64,000 nt of DNA. It comes from the human T2T-CHM13v2.0 reference genome, Homo sapiens. The stretch lies in assembly GCF_009914755.1 (NCBI RefSeq), contig NC_060938.1, one strand, 5' to 3'. Under the pieces are notes generated by a model. It saw nothing but the letters and a program-made list of their open reading frames with translations, was not told where the DNA came from and did no database searches. Position 1 is the stretch's first letter. Each line of letters begins with the position of its first letter. A program made the position numbers and the translations under genes. This document shows, piece by piece, positions 15,939 through 28,797 of this stretch.

Positions 15939-16324
15939 TCTATTAGTTCATTTTTACACTGATATAAAGAACTGTCCAATACTGGGAAATTTATGAAGAA
16001 AAGAAGCTTGACTCATAGTTCTGCAGACTTAACAAGAAGTGTGGCTAAGAGGCCTCAGAAAACTGTTTACAATCATGGCATTAGGTGAAGTGAAAGTAAG
16101 CACGTCTTACTACGAAAAAGCAGGAGTCAGAGAAAAAGACCAAGGGCGGAACTGCCACACACTTTTAAAGCATCAGCTCTCATGAGAACTCACTCACTAT
16201 CACAAAAACACCATGGGGAACCACCCACATAATCAAATCACCTCCCACCAGGCCCCTTCCCCAACATGTGGGAATTACAATTGGATATGATATTTGGGTA
16301 GGGTCACAGAGCCAAATCATATCA
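15939..16324 (-). mobile_element. Solo MSTA-type MaLR LTR
   Basis: MST/THE1 motifs (ggcctcag..acaatcatggc, catgagaactcactcactatca), end ...gccaaatcatatca; TSD CTTTC at 15934-15938 and 16325-16329. Confidence 0.9.
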
Positions 16325-17265
16325 CTTTCTCTGAGGATTTAATGAACAATATCTATCAATACATTCATCTTATATACTGAGTAAGTGCAGAGGCAAAGAC
16401 TGGGCACTGAAGCCCGAGAAATACATCTTGCCTCAGATATACTGTGGGATGTACAGAAGTTTCAGATTGCAACCACTGGTCAAAATTTTACCTGATGCGC
16501 AGTAAAAAGGACTTGAAGTCTGATAATAGAAACTTTTTTGTCCTTCCACATTCTTATATATGAACATAATCATCACAATTCTCATTAAAGAATGTGGATT
16601 CAGTAATTCTCAATAAATGATTTCGTCCTCATTATGAACATCTTCATTCATTATTACAAAGATATCACAACTGAGAGTAGACCACTTTGTTATCACACTC
16701 AAGTTTGTGGGAACTGAGGTATAACATCCTAGTAACTTCTTTCTTGCAAACTTCTGACAGAAGGAGACCTGTTTCAGCCAACAGCTGGACTATAATATTT
16801 GTAAGCTTAAAGTCAAAGGAAACTCAACAATGGATTAACTAGGGCAGATGACAATATGTTAACTCTATGCATATATTTTTGTTTGTTCTTTTCTTAAAGA
16901 CATTAAAATATATATTTTACATCATTTTCCATCATAAATATACTTAAGTCCCATAATAATTTGCTAGAAATTAGAAGGAAATTATCTCTAATAGTGATTT
17001 TATACCAAGAATTGAGTAACGGTTTGAGATAAGCAAAAATACTTGCCATCCTTTCTAAATCTCATTAGACCATGGACAGGAGGGGGTTAATTTACAAATG
17101 ACACTTCTAAAAATATTTCTACTATGCAAAACTAGTAAGCAGCTGGATTTCATACCATGTTACACCATTCTTTGTGGGATTTTTCTATTCCTTCATAAAG
17201 ACTTAGTAGCTTTATATTCTATACCTACTAAGGACTTTGCTTCAGAAAGAATATACTTTTGAAAG

Positions 17266-17481
17266 AATAATAGTAACAATAGGTAATATTTATTAAACAT
17301 TTCCTAATGCTAGTTTAATTGTACTGAAGATACTTCATTTAATATTCATAATCATAAGGTAAGATTACCTCTTTTATGATTCCCATTTATTCAGAGAAGG
17401 AAATCTTTTTAAGAGATTATGCGACTTGTCCAAGGTCAACAGAATTAAAGCCAGACCCTTTACAATCTGCACCATGGTGCC
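17266..17481 (-). mobile_element. MIR SINE
   Basis: Antisense MIR core (cccatttattcagagaaggaaat...gacttgtccaaggtca). Confidence 0.65.
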
Positions 17482-19115
17482 ACTGCTTTAAACATTGCGA
17501 CCAATATCAACTTGTATTTCATCTAGCTTTCTTTCGGTTTCTTTTTTAAGGTAAAATCTTGCTTAAGATAATATCTCTCTAAAGGAAAGACCTTGTGTAA
17601 GACCAGACTCATCTCTCAAAAGGGACGACAATATTGTTCTTCTTTGCAGACTAAGTCTAACTTAACAGCATGTGGTTCTAGTGCTCAACGAATAAGTTTT
17701 TAAAAAATAGTTGCATGAATAAATGAATGAATATTTAAAAATAATTAAATCACCTTTCAGCCAAGCCAAAATTGACTGTTATTTTCACCTTTTTTAAAGT
17801 AGTTTTTTTTTAAGGTTTTAAATCTCTAGCATAAACAGACCGCTCATATTTGTATTTTGAAAATACTAGAGTGGTCTCAAGCTAAATGTTACAATGTGAC
17901 TTTAGATGATTGATTTTTGACTTGATTAATAGTCTTTCCACAGAGACAACTCACAGGCTATAAAGTGCTTAACATTTCCTTGGCTTCAGAAGGCACTAGG
18001 GAAGGAGGTAAGTATGGACCAATTAGCAGGTGGGCACTTCAAGTGTACTTCTAGTTATTTATATGAATTGTGAAGGTCTTTAATATCCTCTTTGAACTTT
18101 TGACGCAGAAAACAAGATTTGTCTACTTGTATCTAGTTTAAACCAATTTATTTAGAACAAAAACAAGATACATTTCTGGATGAATCTCTTATTTGGGTTT
18201 TACATTCTTAGCAAAAACATAGAATCCATGAACCTCTGTTTATGAAACTATAAACTGTAAGAAGCTGTACTGCACACTAAGCAAACGTAGACATTTGTTC
18301 CCCAAAATGGAAGGGATGGTTTGATCCTTCATAGTTGAAAAATATTTCTTACCTCTTAGGACCATTATGTTTCATGACTTAAAAAAATTACATGTAATAA
18401 TTCTACATATGTATGGGGCACAATGTTATGTTCTGATACATGTATGTATTATGTAATGATTAAATCAGGGTATTTAACATGTTCATGATCTTATATATTT
18501 TTCAATTTTTCCACATATAAATGAGATCATGCACTATTTGTTTCTCCATGCCTTAACATGGTGTCATTTCACTTAACATGATGTCATCCAGATTCATCTG
18601 GGCTGCCACAAATGACAGAATAACATTCTTTTTTATGGCTGTGGTGTTTCCTTGTGTATATGTACTAGTTTTCTTTATCCAAGCTGTTGATGAACACTAA
18701 GTTGATTCCATATTTTGGCTATTGTTAATAGTGCTGCGGTAAGCATAGGAGTGCAGACCTCCCTTCAACATGCTGATTACATTTCCTTTGAATAAATATT
18801 CAGTATTGGGATTTCTAGTCTTATAGTAGTTTTATTTTTAATATTTTGAGGAATCTGTATACTGTTTCTCATAAAGGCTATACTAGTTTACATTCACACA
18901 AACAGTGTACAAGAGTTTCCCTTTTTAAATTTGCTTACCAGCATTTGGTATTTGTCTTTTTCATAAGAGTCATTAGAATTGGAATGAAGTGATATCTTAT
19001 GGTGGTTTTAATTTGCGTTTATCTGATGTTACAAATGTTGAGCATTTTTACATATACTTATTTACCATTTGTATAGCTTATTTGGAGAAATATCTATTTA
19101 GGTATCATGCCCATT

Positions 19116-19572
19116 GAATTTTTTTTAATTTTTCATTTTTGTGAGTACATAATAGGTGTATATAGTGATTGGGTACCTAAGACATTTTGATACAGGCATG
19201 CAATGTGTAATAATCATATCAGAGTAAATGGGGTATCCATCACCTCAAGTATTTACTCCTGTGTTACAAATAATTCAATTACACTCAGTTATTTTAAAAT
19301 GTACAATTATGAACATGTTAAATATCCTGATTTAATCATTACACGATACATACATGTATCAGAACATAACATTGTGCCCCATACATATGTATACTTATTA
19401 CATGTATTTTTAAAATTATTATTGGCTATAGTCATCCTGTTGTGTTATCAAATGCTTGGTCTTATTGATTCTTTCTATTTTCTGTACCCATTAACCATCC
19501 CTACTTCCCCTCCAACCTTACCCTCACTACCCTTTCCAGCCTCTGGTAACTATCCTTCTACTCTATATTTAT
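19116..19572 (-). mobile_element. Nested L1MA2/3-like 3' end fragment
   Basis: tttgatacaggcatgcaatgtgtaataatca...ggggtatccatcacctcaag is L1MA2-type; probable TSD TGCCCATT at 19108-19115 and 19573-19580. Confidence 0.8.
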
Positions 19573-20676
19573 TGCCCATTTTTTAATTAGGTTATTTGTT
19601 TTTTTGCTATTCAGTTGTTTGAGTTCTTCATTAATTCTGGATATTAATCTCTTTTTACACGTACAGTTTGCAACTAAGTTCTCTCATTCTTCTAGTGCCT
19701 TTATAGTTTTGGGTTTTACATTTATGTCTTTCATTTTAATTGATTTTTTGTATGCAGTGAGAAATAGGAGTCTAGTTTCATTATTCTGAATGTGGATATC
19801 CAGTCTTCCCAACAACATTTATAGAAGAAACTATCCTTTCCCTAATAGTTGTTCTTGGTGCCTTTGTCTAAAATCAGTTTGCTGTAAAATTGTGAATTTA
19901 TTTCTGTACTCTCTTTTCTGTTCCAGTAATTTATGTGCCTGTTTTTATGTCTTCATTATGCTGTTTTGGTACATACTTTGTAATATGAAGTCAGACAGTA
20001 TAATGTCTCCAGCTTTGTTCTTTTTTCTCAGAATCTCTTTGGCTACAACAAGAATTTGTAGCTTCATACAAATTTTAGGATTGTTTTCCTAATTCTCTGA
20101 AGAATGTCATTGGTATTTTGATAGAAATATCTTTAATCGTTGCCATTGTAAAGATTTTTCATCTTCATGGTTAAATTTATTCCTAGGGATTTTTTTATAG
20201 CTATTGCAAATGGGATTGCTTTCTTGGTTATTTTTCAGAGTTTGCTATTGACATGTAGAAATACTAGTTACTTTTGTATGTTGATTATGTTTTCTGCAGC
20301 TTTCCTGAATGTGTATATCTATTCTGACAGTTTTTTTGTTGTTGTTGCTGGAGCCTTCAATTTTTTCTATACATAAGATCATTTCATTTTCAAAAAGAGA
20401 CAATTTGACTTTCTCTTTTCCAATTTACATGCTCTTTATTTCTTACTCTTGCCTAATTTTTCTGGATAGAAATTCCAATACTATGTTGAATAAAAGTGAT
20501 GAAAATGGGCAACTTTGCTTGTTCCAGATCTAAGAGGGATCACTTTCAACTTCTATATTATGTTGATGATGAAGAACATTCCTTCTCTACTTTATTTGTT
20601 GAGAGCTTTTAACATAATGGAATGTTGAATTTTATCAAATGTTTTGTTCTGTACTATTGAAATAATCATATACTTT

Positions 20677-23016
20677 GTTAAAATTTTATAAACGTTTAGT
20701 TTAACTTTTGGAATACATGTTCAGGTTTCTTAAATAGGTAAACATATGTCATGGGGGTTTGTTGTACAGATTGTTTCATCACCCAGGTATTAAGCCTGGT
20801 ATCTATTAGTTGTTTTTCCTGATCCTCTTCCTCCTCCCACCCTCCACCTTTTTGGTAGGCCCCAGTGTGTGTTGTTCCCCTTTATGTGTCCATGCGTTCT
20901 CACCATTTACATCCCACTTAATAGTGACAATATGCAGTATTTGGTTTTCTGTTTCTGTGTTAGTTTGCTAGGGATAGTGGCCTCCTGCTCCTCCAAAGGA
21001 TCTCTCTGTTTTTTACGGCTGCATAGTATTCTATGGTGTATATGTACCACATTTTCTTTATCCAGTCTATGATTAATTGGCAGTTAGATTGATTGCATGT
21101 CTTTGCTATAATGTATATTGCTGCAATGAACATACACATGCATGTATATTTATAACATAATTATTTATAAATTATTTATATTCTTTTGGGAATATACCCA
21201 GTAATGGGATTGCTGGGTCAAATGGTATTTCTGCCTCTAGGTCTTTGAGGAATTGACACACTGTCTTCCACAATTTACACTCTCACCAACAGTGTAAAAT
21301 TGTTCCTTTTTATCCACAACCACAGCAGCATCTGTTGTTTTTGACTTTTTAATAATTGTCATTCTGACTGGGGTGAGATGGCATCTCATTGTGGTTTTGA
21401 TTTGCATTTCTCTAATGATCAGTAATGTTGAGTTTTTTCTTTTGATTGTTGGCTGCATGTATGTCTTCTTTTGAGAGGTGTCCATTCATGTCCTTGGCCT
21501 ACTTTTTAATGAGGTTGTTTTTTTCCTGTAAATTTATTTAAGTACTTTATAGATACTGGATATTAGACCTCTGTCAGATGCATAGTTTGCAAAATTGTCT
21601 TTGAATCCTATAGATTGTCTGTTCACTCTCTTGGTAGTTTCTTCTGCTCTGCAGAAGCTCTTTAGTTTAATTAGATCCCATTTGTCAATTTTTGCTTTTG
21701 TTACAATTGTTTTTGGTGTCTTCATCATAAAATCTTTGCCCATGTCTGTGTCCTGCAGGGTATTACCTAGGTTTTTGTCTTGGGTTTTTATAGTTTGTGG
21801 TTTTACATTTAAGTTTTTAATCTTCAGTTAATTTTTGTATATGGTGTAAGAAAGGGGTTCAGTTTCAATCTTCTGCATATGGCTAGCCAGGTATCCCAGC
21901 ACCATTTATTAAATAGGAATCCTTTCTCCATTGCCTGTTTTTGTCAGGTTTGTCAAAAATCAGATAGTTGTAGGTGTATTGGCTTATTTCTGTGTTCTCT
22001 ATTCTGTTCTATCAATCTATGGGTCTGTTCTTGTATGAGTACCATATTGTTTTGGTTACTGTAGCCCTGTAGTATAGTTTGAAGTTGGGTAGAAAGATGT
22101 CTCCAGCTTTGTTATTTTTGCTCAGGACTGCCTTGGCTATTCAGGCTCTTTTTTCGTTTCATACAAATTTTAAAATAGTTCTTTCTAATTCTGTGAAGAA
22201 TGTCAATGTTAGTTTAATAGGAATAGCATTGAATCTATAAATTGCTTTGGGCAGTATGGCCATTTTAACCATATTTATTTTTTCTATCCATGAGCATGGA
22301 ATAGCTTATTCATCAAGATCAAGTAGGCTTCATCCTCAGAATGCAAAGTTGGTTCAACATATGCAAATCAATAAATGTGATTCATCACATAAACAGAGCT
22401 AAAGACAAAAAATACATGATTATCCCAATAGAAGCAAAAAAGGCTTTTGATAAAATTCAACATTCCCTCATGTTAAAAACTCTCAATAGTCTAGGTGTTG
22501 AAGAAACATATCTTAAAATAATATAAGCCTTATATGACAAACCTACAGGCAAGATCATACTGAATGAGCAAAAGCTGGAAGCATTCCCTCTGAAAACTGG
22601 CACAAGACAAGAAAGCCCTTTCTCATCACTCCTATTCAATGTAGTATTGGAAGTTCTGGCGAGGGCAATCAGGGAAAAGAGAGAAATAAATGGCATTTAA
22701 ATAGGGAGAGAGGAAGTCAAACTATCCCTATTTGCAGATCATATGATCTCATATCTAGAAAACCCCATTGTCTCAGCCCCAAAGCTTCTTAAGCTGATAA
22801 GCAACTTCAGCAAATCTCAGAATACAGCAGCAATGTGCAAAATTTGCTAGAATTTCTGTACACCAACAACACTTAAGCTGAGAGCCAAATTCCAAAGAAC
22901 TCCCATTCAAAATTGCCACAGAAAGAGTATAATACTTAGGAATACAGCTAACAAGGAAGGTGAAAGATCTCTATAAGGATAACCGCACACCTCTGCTCAA
23001 AGAAATCAGAGATGGC
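20677..23016 (-). mobile_element. Nested L1PA (about L1PA11-13) with a 5' inversion
   Basis: Antisense 3'UTR/ORF2 from 20677 to ~22302, then sense ORF2 RT-region sequence ~22303-23016; 15-bp TSD ATAATCATATACTTT at 20662-20676 and 23017-23031. Confidence 0.92.
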
Positions 23017-23086
23017 ATAATCATATACTTTTTGCTCTTGATTCTGTTAGTGCATCATGTTTATTGATATGCATATGTTGAACCAT

Positions 23087-23450
23087 TGATATGGTTTAGC
23101 TGTGTCACCACCCAGATCTCATCTTGAACTGTAGCTCCCATAATTCTCACGTGTGATGGGAGGGACCCAATGGGAGGTAATTGAATCATGGGGGTGGGTC
23201 TTTGCCAAGCTGTTCTCATGATAGTGAATAAGTCTCACAAGATCTGATGGTTTTATAAAGGGGAGTTCCCCTCCACACGGTCTCTTGCCTGATGCCATGT
23301 AAGACATTCCTTTGCTCTTCCTTCATCTTCTGCCATAATTGTGAGGCTTCCCCAGACATGTGGTTCTGTGAGTTCATTAAACCTCTTTCCTTTATAAATT
23401 ACCCAGTCTCGGATATGTTTTTAATAGCAGCATGAGAACAGACTAATACA
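23087..23450 (+). mobile_element. Solo THE1 (THE1C-like) LTR nested in the old L1
   Basis: TGATATGGTTT...GACTAATACA termini; TSD ACCAT/GCCAT (one mismatch). Confidence 0.94.
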
Positions 23451-24524
23451 GCCATCCTTGTATCCATGGGATAGATCCCACTTGATCATAGTGAATTATC
23501 TTTTTAATTTGCTTTTGCATTCAGTTTGCTAGTATTTTGTTGAGGAATTTTGCCTCTATTTTCATCAGATACATTGGCCTATTTTTGTTGTTGCTGTTGT
23601 TCTGTCCTTGGTTGGTTTTGGTATCAGAGTAATGCTGGTCTCATATCATAAGTCTGAAGAATTATCTACTCCTCAATTTTTTGGAATAGTTTGAAAAGAG
23701 TTGTTATTAATTGTTTTTTAAATGTTTAGTAGAACTCATAAATCTATTAGGGCCTGTGCTTTTCTTTAATGGGAGATGTTTTTTATTACTGATTCAATCT
23801 TGTTACTCATTATAGTTCTATTCAGGTTTTTAATTTGTTAATGATTCTATTTTGGTAGGTAGAATATGTTCAGGAATTTATCTCTTTCTTCTAGGTTTTC
23901 CAATTTGTTGGCAAATAGTTATTCATAATAGTCTCCAGTGATCCTGCATTTCTGTAATATTATTTTTAATATCTCCTTTTTCAACTCTGATTTATTTTAT
24001 TTGAGTCGTTTCTCTTTTTTTAATCTGGCTAAAAGTTTGTCAATTTTTTTTTTATCTTTTCAACAAACCAACTCTTCATGTTGTTTACCTTTGTATTGTT
24101 TTTATTTTCTATTTTATTTATTTCCACTCTGATCTTTCTACTAATCTTGGATCTAGTTTGTTCTTGCATTTTGCTTCTTTGAGGTATAGTTTTAGTTGGT
24201 TCATTGAGATCTTTGTGCTTTTTGGAAGTAGATGTTTATTGCTATACACTTCTTTCTTAGAACTGCTGTTGTTGTATCCCATAGGTTTTGGTATGTTGTA
24301 TTTAAAGTTTCATTTGTTTCAAGAAATTTTTTAAATTTTCTTTTAAATTTCTTCATTGACCTGTTGTTGCTGTTTTTTTTTCCAGAATAAGCTGCTTAAT
24401 TTACATGTATTTTTATAGCTTCCAAAGTTCCTTCTATTATTGATTTCTAGTTTTATTCCACTATGGTCAGAAAGTCAGAAAAAATACTTGAGATAATTTT
24501 TTTTTAATTTGTTGAGAGTTTCTG

Positions 24525-24721
24525 TGGCCTACACATTATCTATTCTTGATAAACTTCCATGTGGTGTTGTGAAAAATGGGTATTCTGTAGCTATTACGTA
24601 GAATGTTCTGTAAATCTCTACTTGGCCTAACACGTGATCTATTCTTGATAAAGTTCCATGTCCTGTTGTGAAAAATGGGTATTCTGTAGCTATTACATAG
24701 AATGGTCTGTAAATCTCTACT
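24525..24721. repeat. Tandem duplication of 98/99 bp within the old L1
   Basis: Units 24525-24622 and 24623-24721; 7 substitutions and 1 indel by manual alignment. Confidence 0.93.
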
Positions 24722-27700
24722 AGATCCATTTGGCCTAAGATGCAGTTAAAATCCAATGTTTCTTTGTTAATTTTCTCTCTGAATGATCTGTCCATTGTTG
24801 AAAGCAGGGTGTTAAAGTCTCCTACTATTATTCTATTGCAGTCTTTCTATCCCATTAGATCTAACAACATTTACATTATATATTCACTGTGCTGTGTTCA
24901 GATATATTTATACTTCTTTTATTCTCTTGTCCATTTGACCCCTTTATTATTGCATAATGACCTCTATTATCTCTTTATATTTTTTAATTAAAGCCTATTT
25001 TATTTGATATAAACATAGATACTCTCACTCTCTTTTGGTTTTAATTTGCATGGGTTAATAATTTTCATCCCCTCACTTTCAATCTGTGTGTCTTCACAGG
25101 TGAAGTGATTACTTGTAGGCAGCATATAGTTGATTATTGTTGTTTTTGTTTTATGAATTAAGACACTCTGTATCTTTTATTTGGAGAATTTACTCCATTT
25201 ACATTCAAGGTTGTTTTTGATAGGTAAGGATTTATTCTCTCCATTTTGTTGTTTTCTGCTTCGTTTGTTTTATATAGTCTTTGTTCTTCTCTTATATTTT
25301 GCCTTTTGTGGTTTGGTGATTCTTTTGTAGTGACAAGCTTTGATAACTTTGTCTTTCTCATTTGTGTATCTGTCATAATTTTTTTCTTCATTGTTACTAT
25401 GGCCTTACATGAAAATATTTTAGATAAAATAAACTAAGCCAATAATAAATTAAGTTTTGTTACACATATTATATATGTACATATATGTGTATATCCTACA
25501 CTTTTAACTTCCCCTCCCAATTTATAAATTGTTTCTTTGTTTATATCTTTTTATATTGTTTTTTCTTAACAACTTACTATAAATAGTTATCACTGACCTT
25601 TTGACTTTTAACCTTCATACTACATACTTGAAAGTTTATATAATAACCATTATAGTAACAAAGTATTTTGAATTTGCTAATGAATTTTCCTCTACCAGTG
25701 AGACTATCTTTTCACGTGTTTTCATGATAGTAATGATTGCCCTTTTGCTTCCAGCTGAAGCACTCCCTAAGCATCTCTTGCAAGGCAGGTCTGCTGGTGA
25801 TAATTTCCCTCAGCTTTTCCTTTTCTAGAAGAGACTTTCTTTCTCCATCTTTTCTCAAGGACAGTTTTGCTGGATATAATATTGCAGAATGGCAGGGTTT
25901 TTTTTTCCTCCCTTCAGCACTTTGAATATATCATCCCATTCTTTACTAGCCTGAAAGATTTCTGCTGGGAGACCTGCGTATAGTCTAATGGGGATTCCCT
26001 ATATGTGACCTGACACTTTTTTCTTGCTGCTTAGAGTTCTCTCTTTGGCTTTGACTTCTGATACTTTTATTATAATGTTTCTTGAGAAGACTTCTTTGGA
26101 TTAAATCTCTTTGGTGTTCTTTGAGCTTCGTGGATTTGAATTACCATACATCTTCCAAGACTTCAGAAGTTTTCAACTATTATTTTATTAAATTACTTTT
26201 TGTGCCCTCATCTATCTCTTCTCCCCTGGAATTTCAATGATGTGGAAATTTCTTTACTTAATGGCATTCCACGAGTCCTGTAGGTTTTCTTCAATGTTTT
26301 TTATTCTTTTTCTTTTTTTTTTCTCCTGAGTGGGTAATTTTTTTTCTTCTGAGTGTGTTCTTCTGACACAAAAGACCAGTCTTCAAGTTCAGAAATTTTA
26401 CTTCTGCTTGATCTAATTTGCTGTTGAAGCTCTTGATTGTGTTTTTTTAAATGTTATTCATTTAATTCTTTAGGTACAAGATTTATGTTTGGCTCTTTTT
26501 ATCTCTTTCTGTGTGATATTTTGTTCCTGATTTCATTGAATTGTCTGTGTTTTCTTACATCTTAGTGAGTTTTCTTTAAATTATTATTTTCACTTTCTTT
26601 TCAGGGAGCTTGTAAATTTTCTTTATTCAGAGTCAGTTACTGAATAATTACTGTGTTTCTTTGGTGATGTCTTGTTTCCTTGCTTTTTTATGTTTCTTGT
26701 ATCCCTGCATTCATATCTGTGCATCTGGTAGAATGGTTTTCTTTCTAATTTTATGAAGTGGCTTTTGTAGAGAAAGACTTTTACCTATAGATGTGTCCTA
26801 TGGTGTTGGTTAGGTAGTGTGCTTTGGCTTTCATTTAAAGTAGACACAGTAGTGTAGTCTCCATGAAGTTTCTTCAGTTGTAGTCAATGTCAGCAATGCC
26901 TGAGATTGCCTCAGTGGCCTAGGCTGCTGGAATTTGTGTAGCTGTTCCAGCATCTTGGGTGGGGCTCCTGAGGTGAGAGGATGGTGAGCTGTTTTATGTG
27001 CCAAAGAAGTGCCAGTTTGGACTCAGCTTTCCCATGGGAAGGACCAATTGTCCAACTGTTCCTTGGGAGGCAAGGCACCACATGGACTCAGACACCAAGA
27101 TGATGGCTGTTTCACTGGATTTAGGCTCCAAGTGCAGAAAGGCAGAGTGCTGCAGTCATTGGAATGGGGTAGATGAAGTGCTTCCTAAGCAGTTTTCTCC
27201 CAGGGGTAGGGCTCTGTAGCAGTTCAGCTGGGGAATTGTGCACTATCATATATGAGTATGGTACAATGGTGACAGAGCCTCGGTGATTGGGAGAGGCAGT
27301 GGCTACTGGCCCCTGGAGCAGAACACACTTTAGCAGTGCCTCTGGTTACAACACGACACCATGCAGCAGCAGCAGCTTGGATCACAGGGGGAGGAGCACA
27401 ATGTGGCCCTTCTCAAGAGCAACACAACTATGTGAACTGTTGGTAGCTCCCCAGACTGGTCTCATGACCTGTAAAAAACTGTAGGATTCTCCAGCAGCAA
27501 AGATTGCAGATGCCTGTGGTGTCAATAGGGGATTCTGGTGGCTTTTGATTGCCTTTTCCCTATAAGGAGATGTCCCTCATAGTTTCAAGCTGATCCTGAT
27601 TGGTGAGATGGGGTGGCAGGAGCAGAGTGTTTTGTTTTCTTCTCTCTTGGCCATCCTGAGTCTGTATGTTCCACAGGGTCTCTGCCACTCCTTCTCTGTA

Positions 27701-28019
27701 CTTCAGCACGTTCCTTCAGACCCTGTAGTCAAAATGTAGTTGTTTGTTTGTTGTTTTTGTCCCTTTTTTGTGAGAGGATGAGCCATAGGTGCCTCTAGTT
27801 AGCCATCTTGCTGACATCACCTCCTCACTCAAGATTAATGACCTTTAATGTCTATGTAATACATTTCTTTCTCCTTAAAAAGACCAAAAAAAATTAGCAG
27901 TCTTTAAAGAATGTAATATTTGCACAGCACCTGAATCATCTTGAAATATTATGTAAATATAAAATCACTCACAAAGTAGTCAATATATGTAAATGACACA
28001 ATTAAAAAAGACGGCTTGG

Positions 28020-28353
28020 GGCCAGGCACAGTGGCTCACGCCTGTAATCCCAGCACTTTGGGAAGCTGAGGCAGGCGGATCATCTGAGGTCAGGAGTTCA
28101 AGATCAGCCTGGCCAACAATGGTGAAACCCCGTCTCTACAAAAATACAAAAAAATAGCCACACATGATGGTGGGTGCCTATAATCCCAGGTACTTGGGAG
28201 ACTGAGGCAAAAGAATTGCTTGAACCCCAGGAGGCAGAGGTTGCAGTGAGCTGAGATCCTGCCATTGCACTCCAGCCTGGGTGACAGAGCAAGACTCCAT
28301 CTCAAAAACAAAAAACAAACAAACAAAACAACAGAAACAAACAAACAAACAAA
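28020..28353 (+). mobile_element. AluSx-type with a (CAAA)n tail
   Basis: GGCCAGGCACAGTGGCTCACGCC start, full dimer; flanking partial TSD ...ggcttg. Confidence 0.96.
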
Positions 28354-28399
28354 TGGCTTGAATTAGATATAAGAAAGACTAAGTTAATTTATCCTAGTC

Positions 28400-28691
28400 T
28401 TTTTTTTTAAACCAGGGCCTGGCTCTGTTTCCCAGGTTGGAGTGCAATGGCATGATCTTGGCTCACTGCAACTTCTGCTTCCTGGGCTCAAATTATCCTC
28501 CTACCTAAGCCTCCACAGTAGCTGGGTCTACAGGCATGCACCACCAGGAACTGCTAATTTTTTTTTCCCTTTGGTAGAAATGGGGTATTGCCATGTTGCC
28601 CAGGGTGGTGTCAAATTCCGGGGCTCAAGATATTCTACTGCCTCGGCCTCCCAATGTGCTAGGATTACAGGTATGAGCCACTACACCCAGC
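28400..28691 (-). mobile_element. AluJ-type
   Basis: Antisense Alu with J-type features (ctgggctcaa..atcctcc); diverged. Confidence 0.92.
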
Positions 28692-28742
28692 AATTTACTC
28701 TATTTGTTTAGAAATACCAAACATGAATAAACCTAGAGAGGA

Positions 28743-28797
28743 GTTTTCAGTTTTCAGTTTCAGTTTCAGTTTTCAGTTGTCAGTTTTAGTTGTTTTC
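28743..28797. repeat. (TTTCAG/TTTTCAG)n simple repeat
   Basis: Read directly. Confidence 0.85.

Larger units (their letters stand above)
18389..27824 (-). mobile_element. Near full-length old L1 (L1MA/L1M2 class), decayed, hosting three nested insertions
   Basis: Antisense 3'UTR at ~18.4 kb, ORF2 remnants to ~25.2 kb, ORF1 region ~25.7-26.7 kb, GC-richer 5'UTR ending ...tagccatcttgctgacatcacctcc (L1M 5' end motif). Confidence 0.88.
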
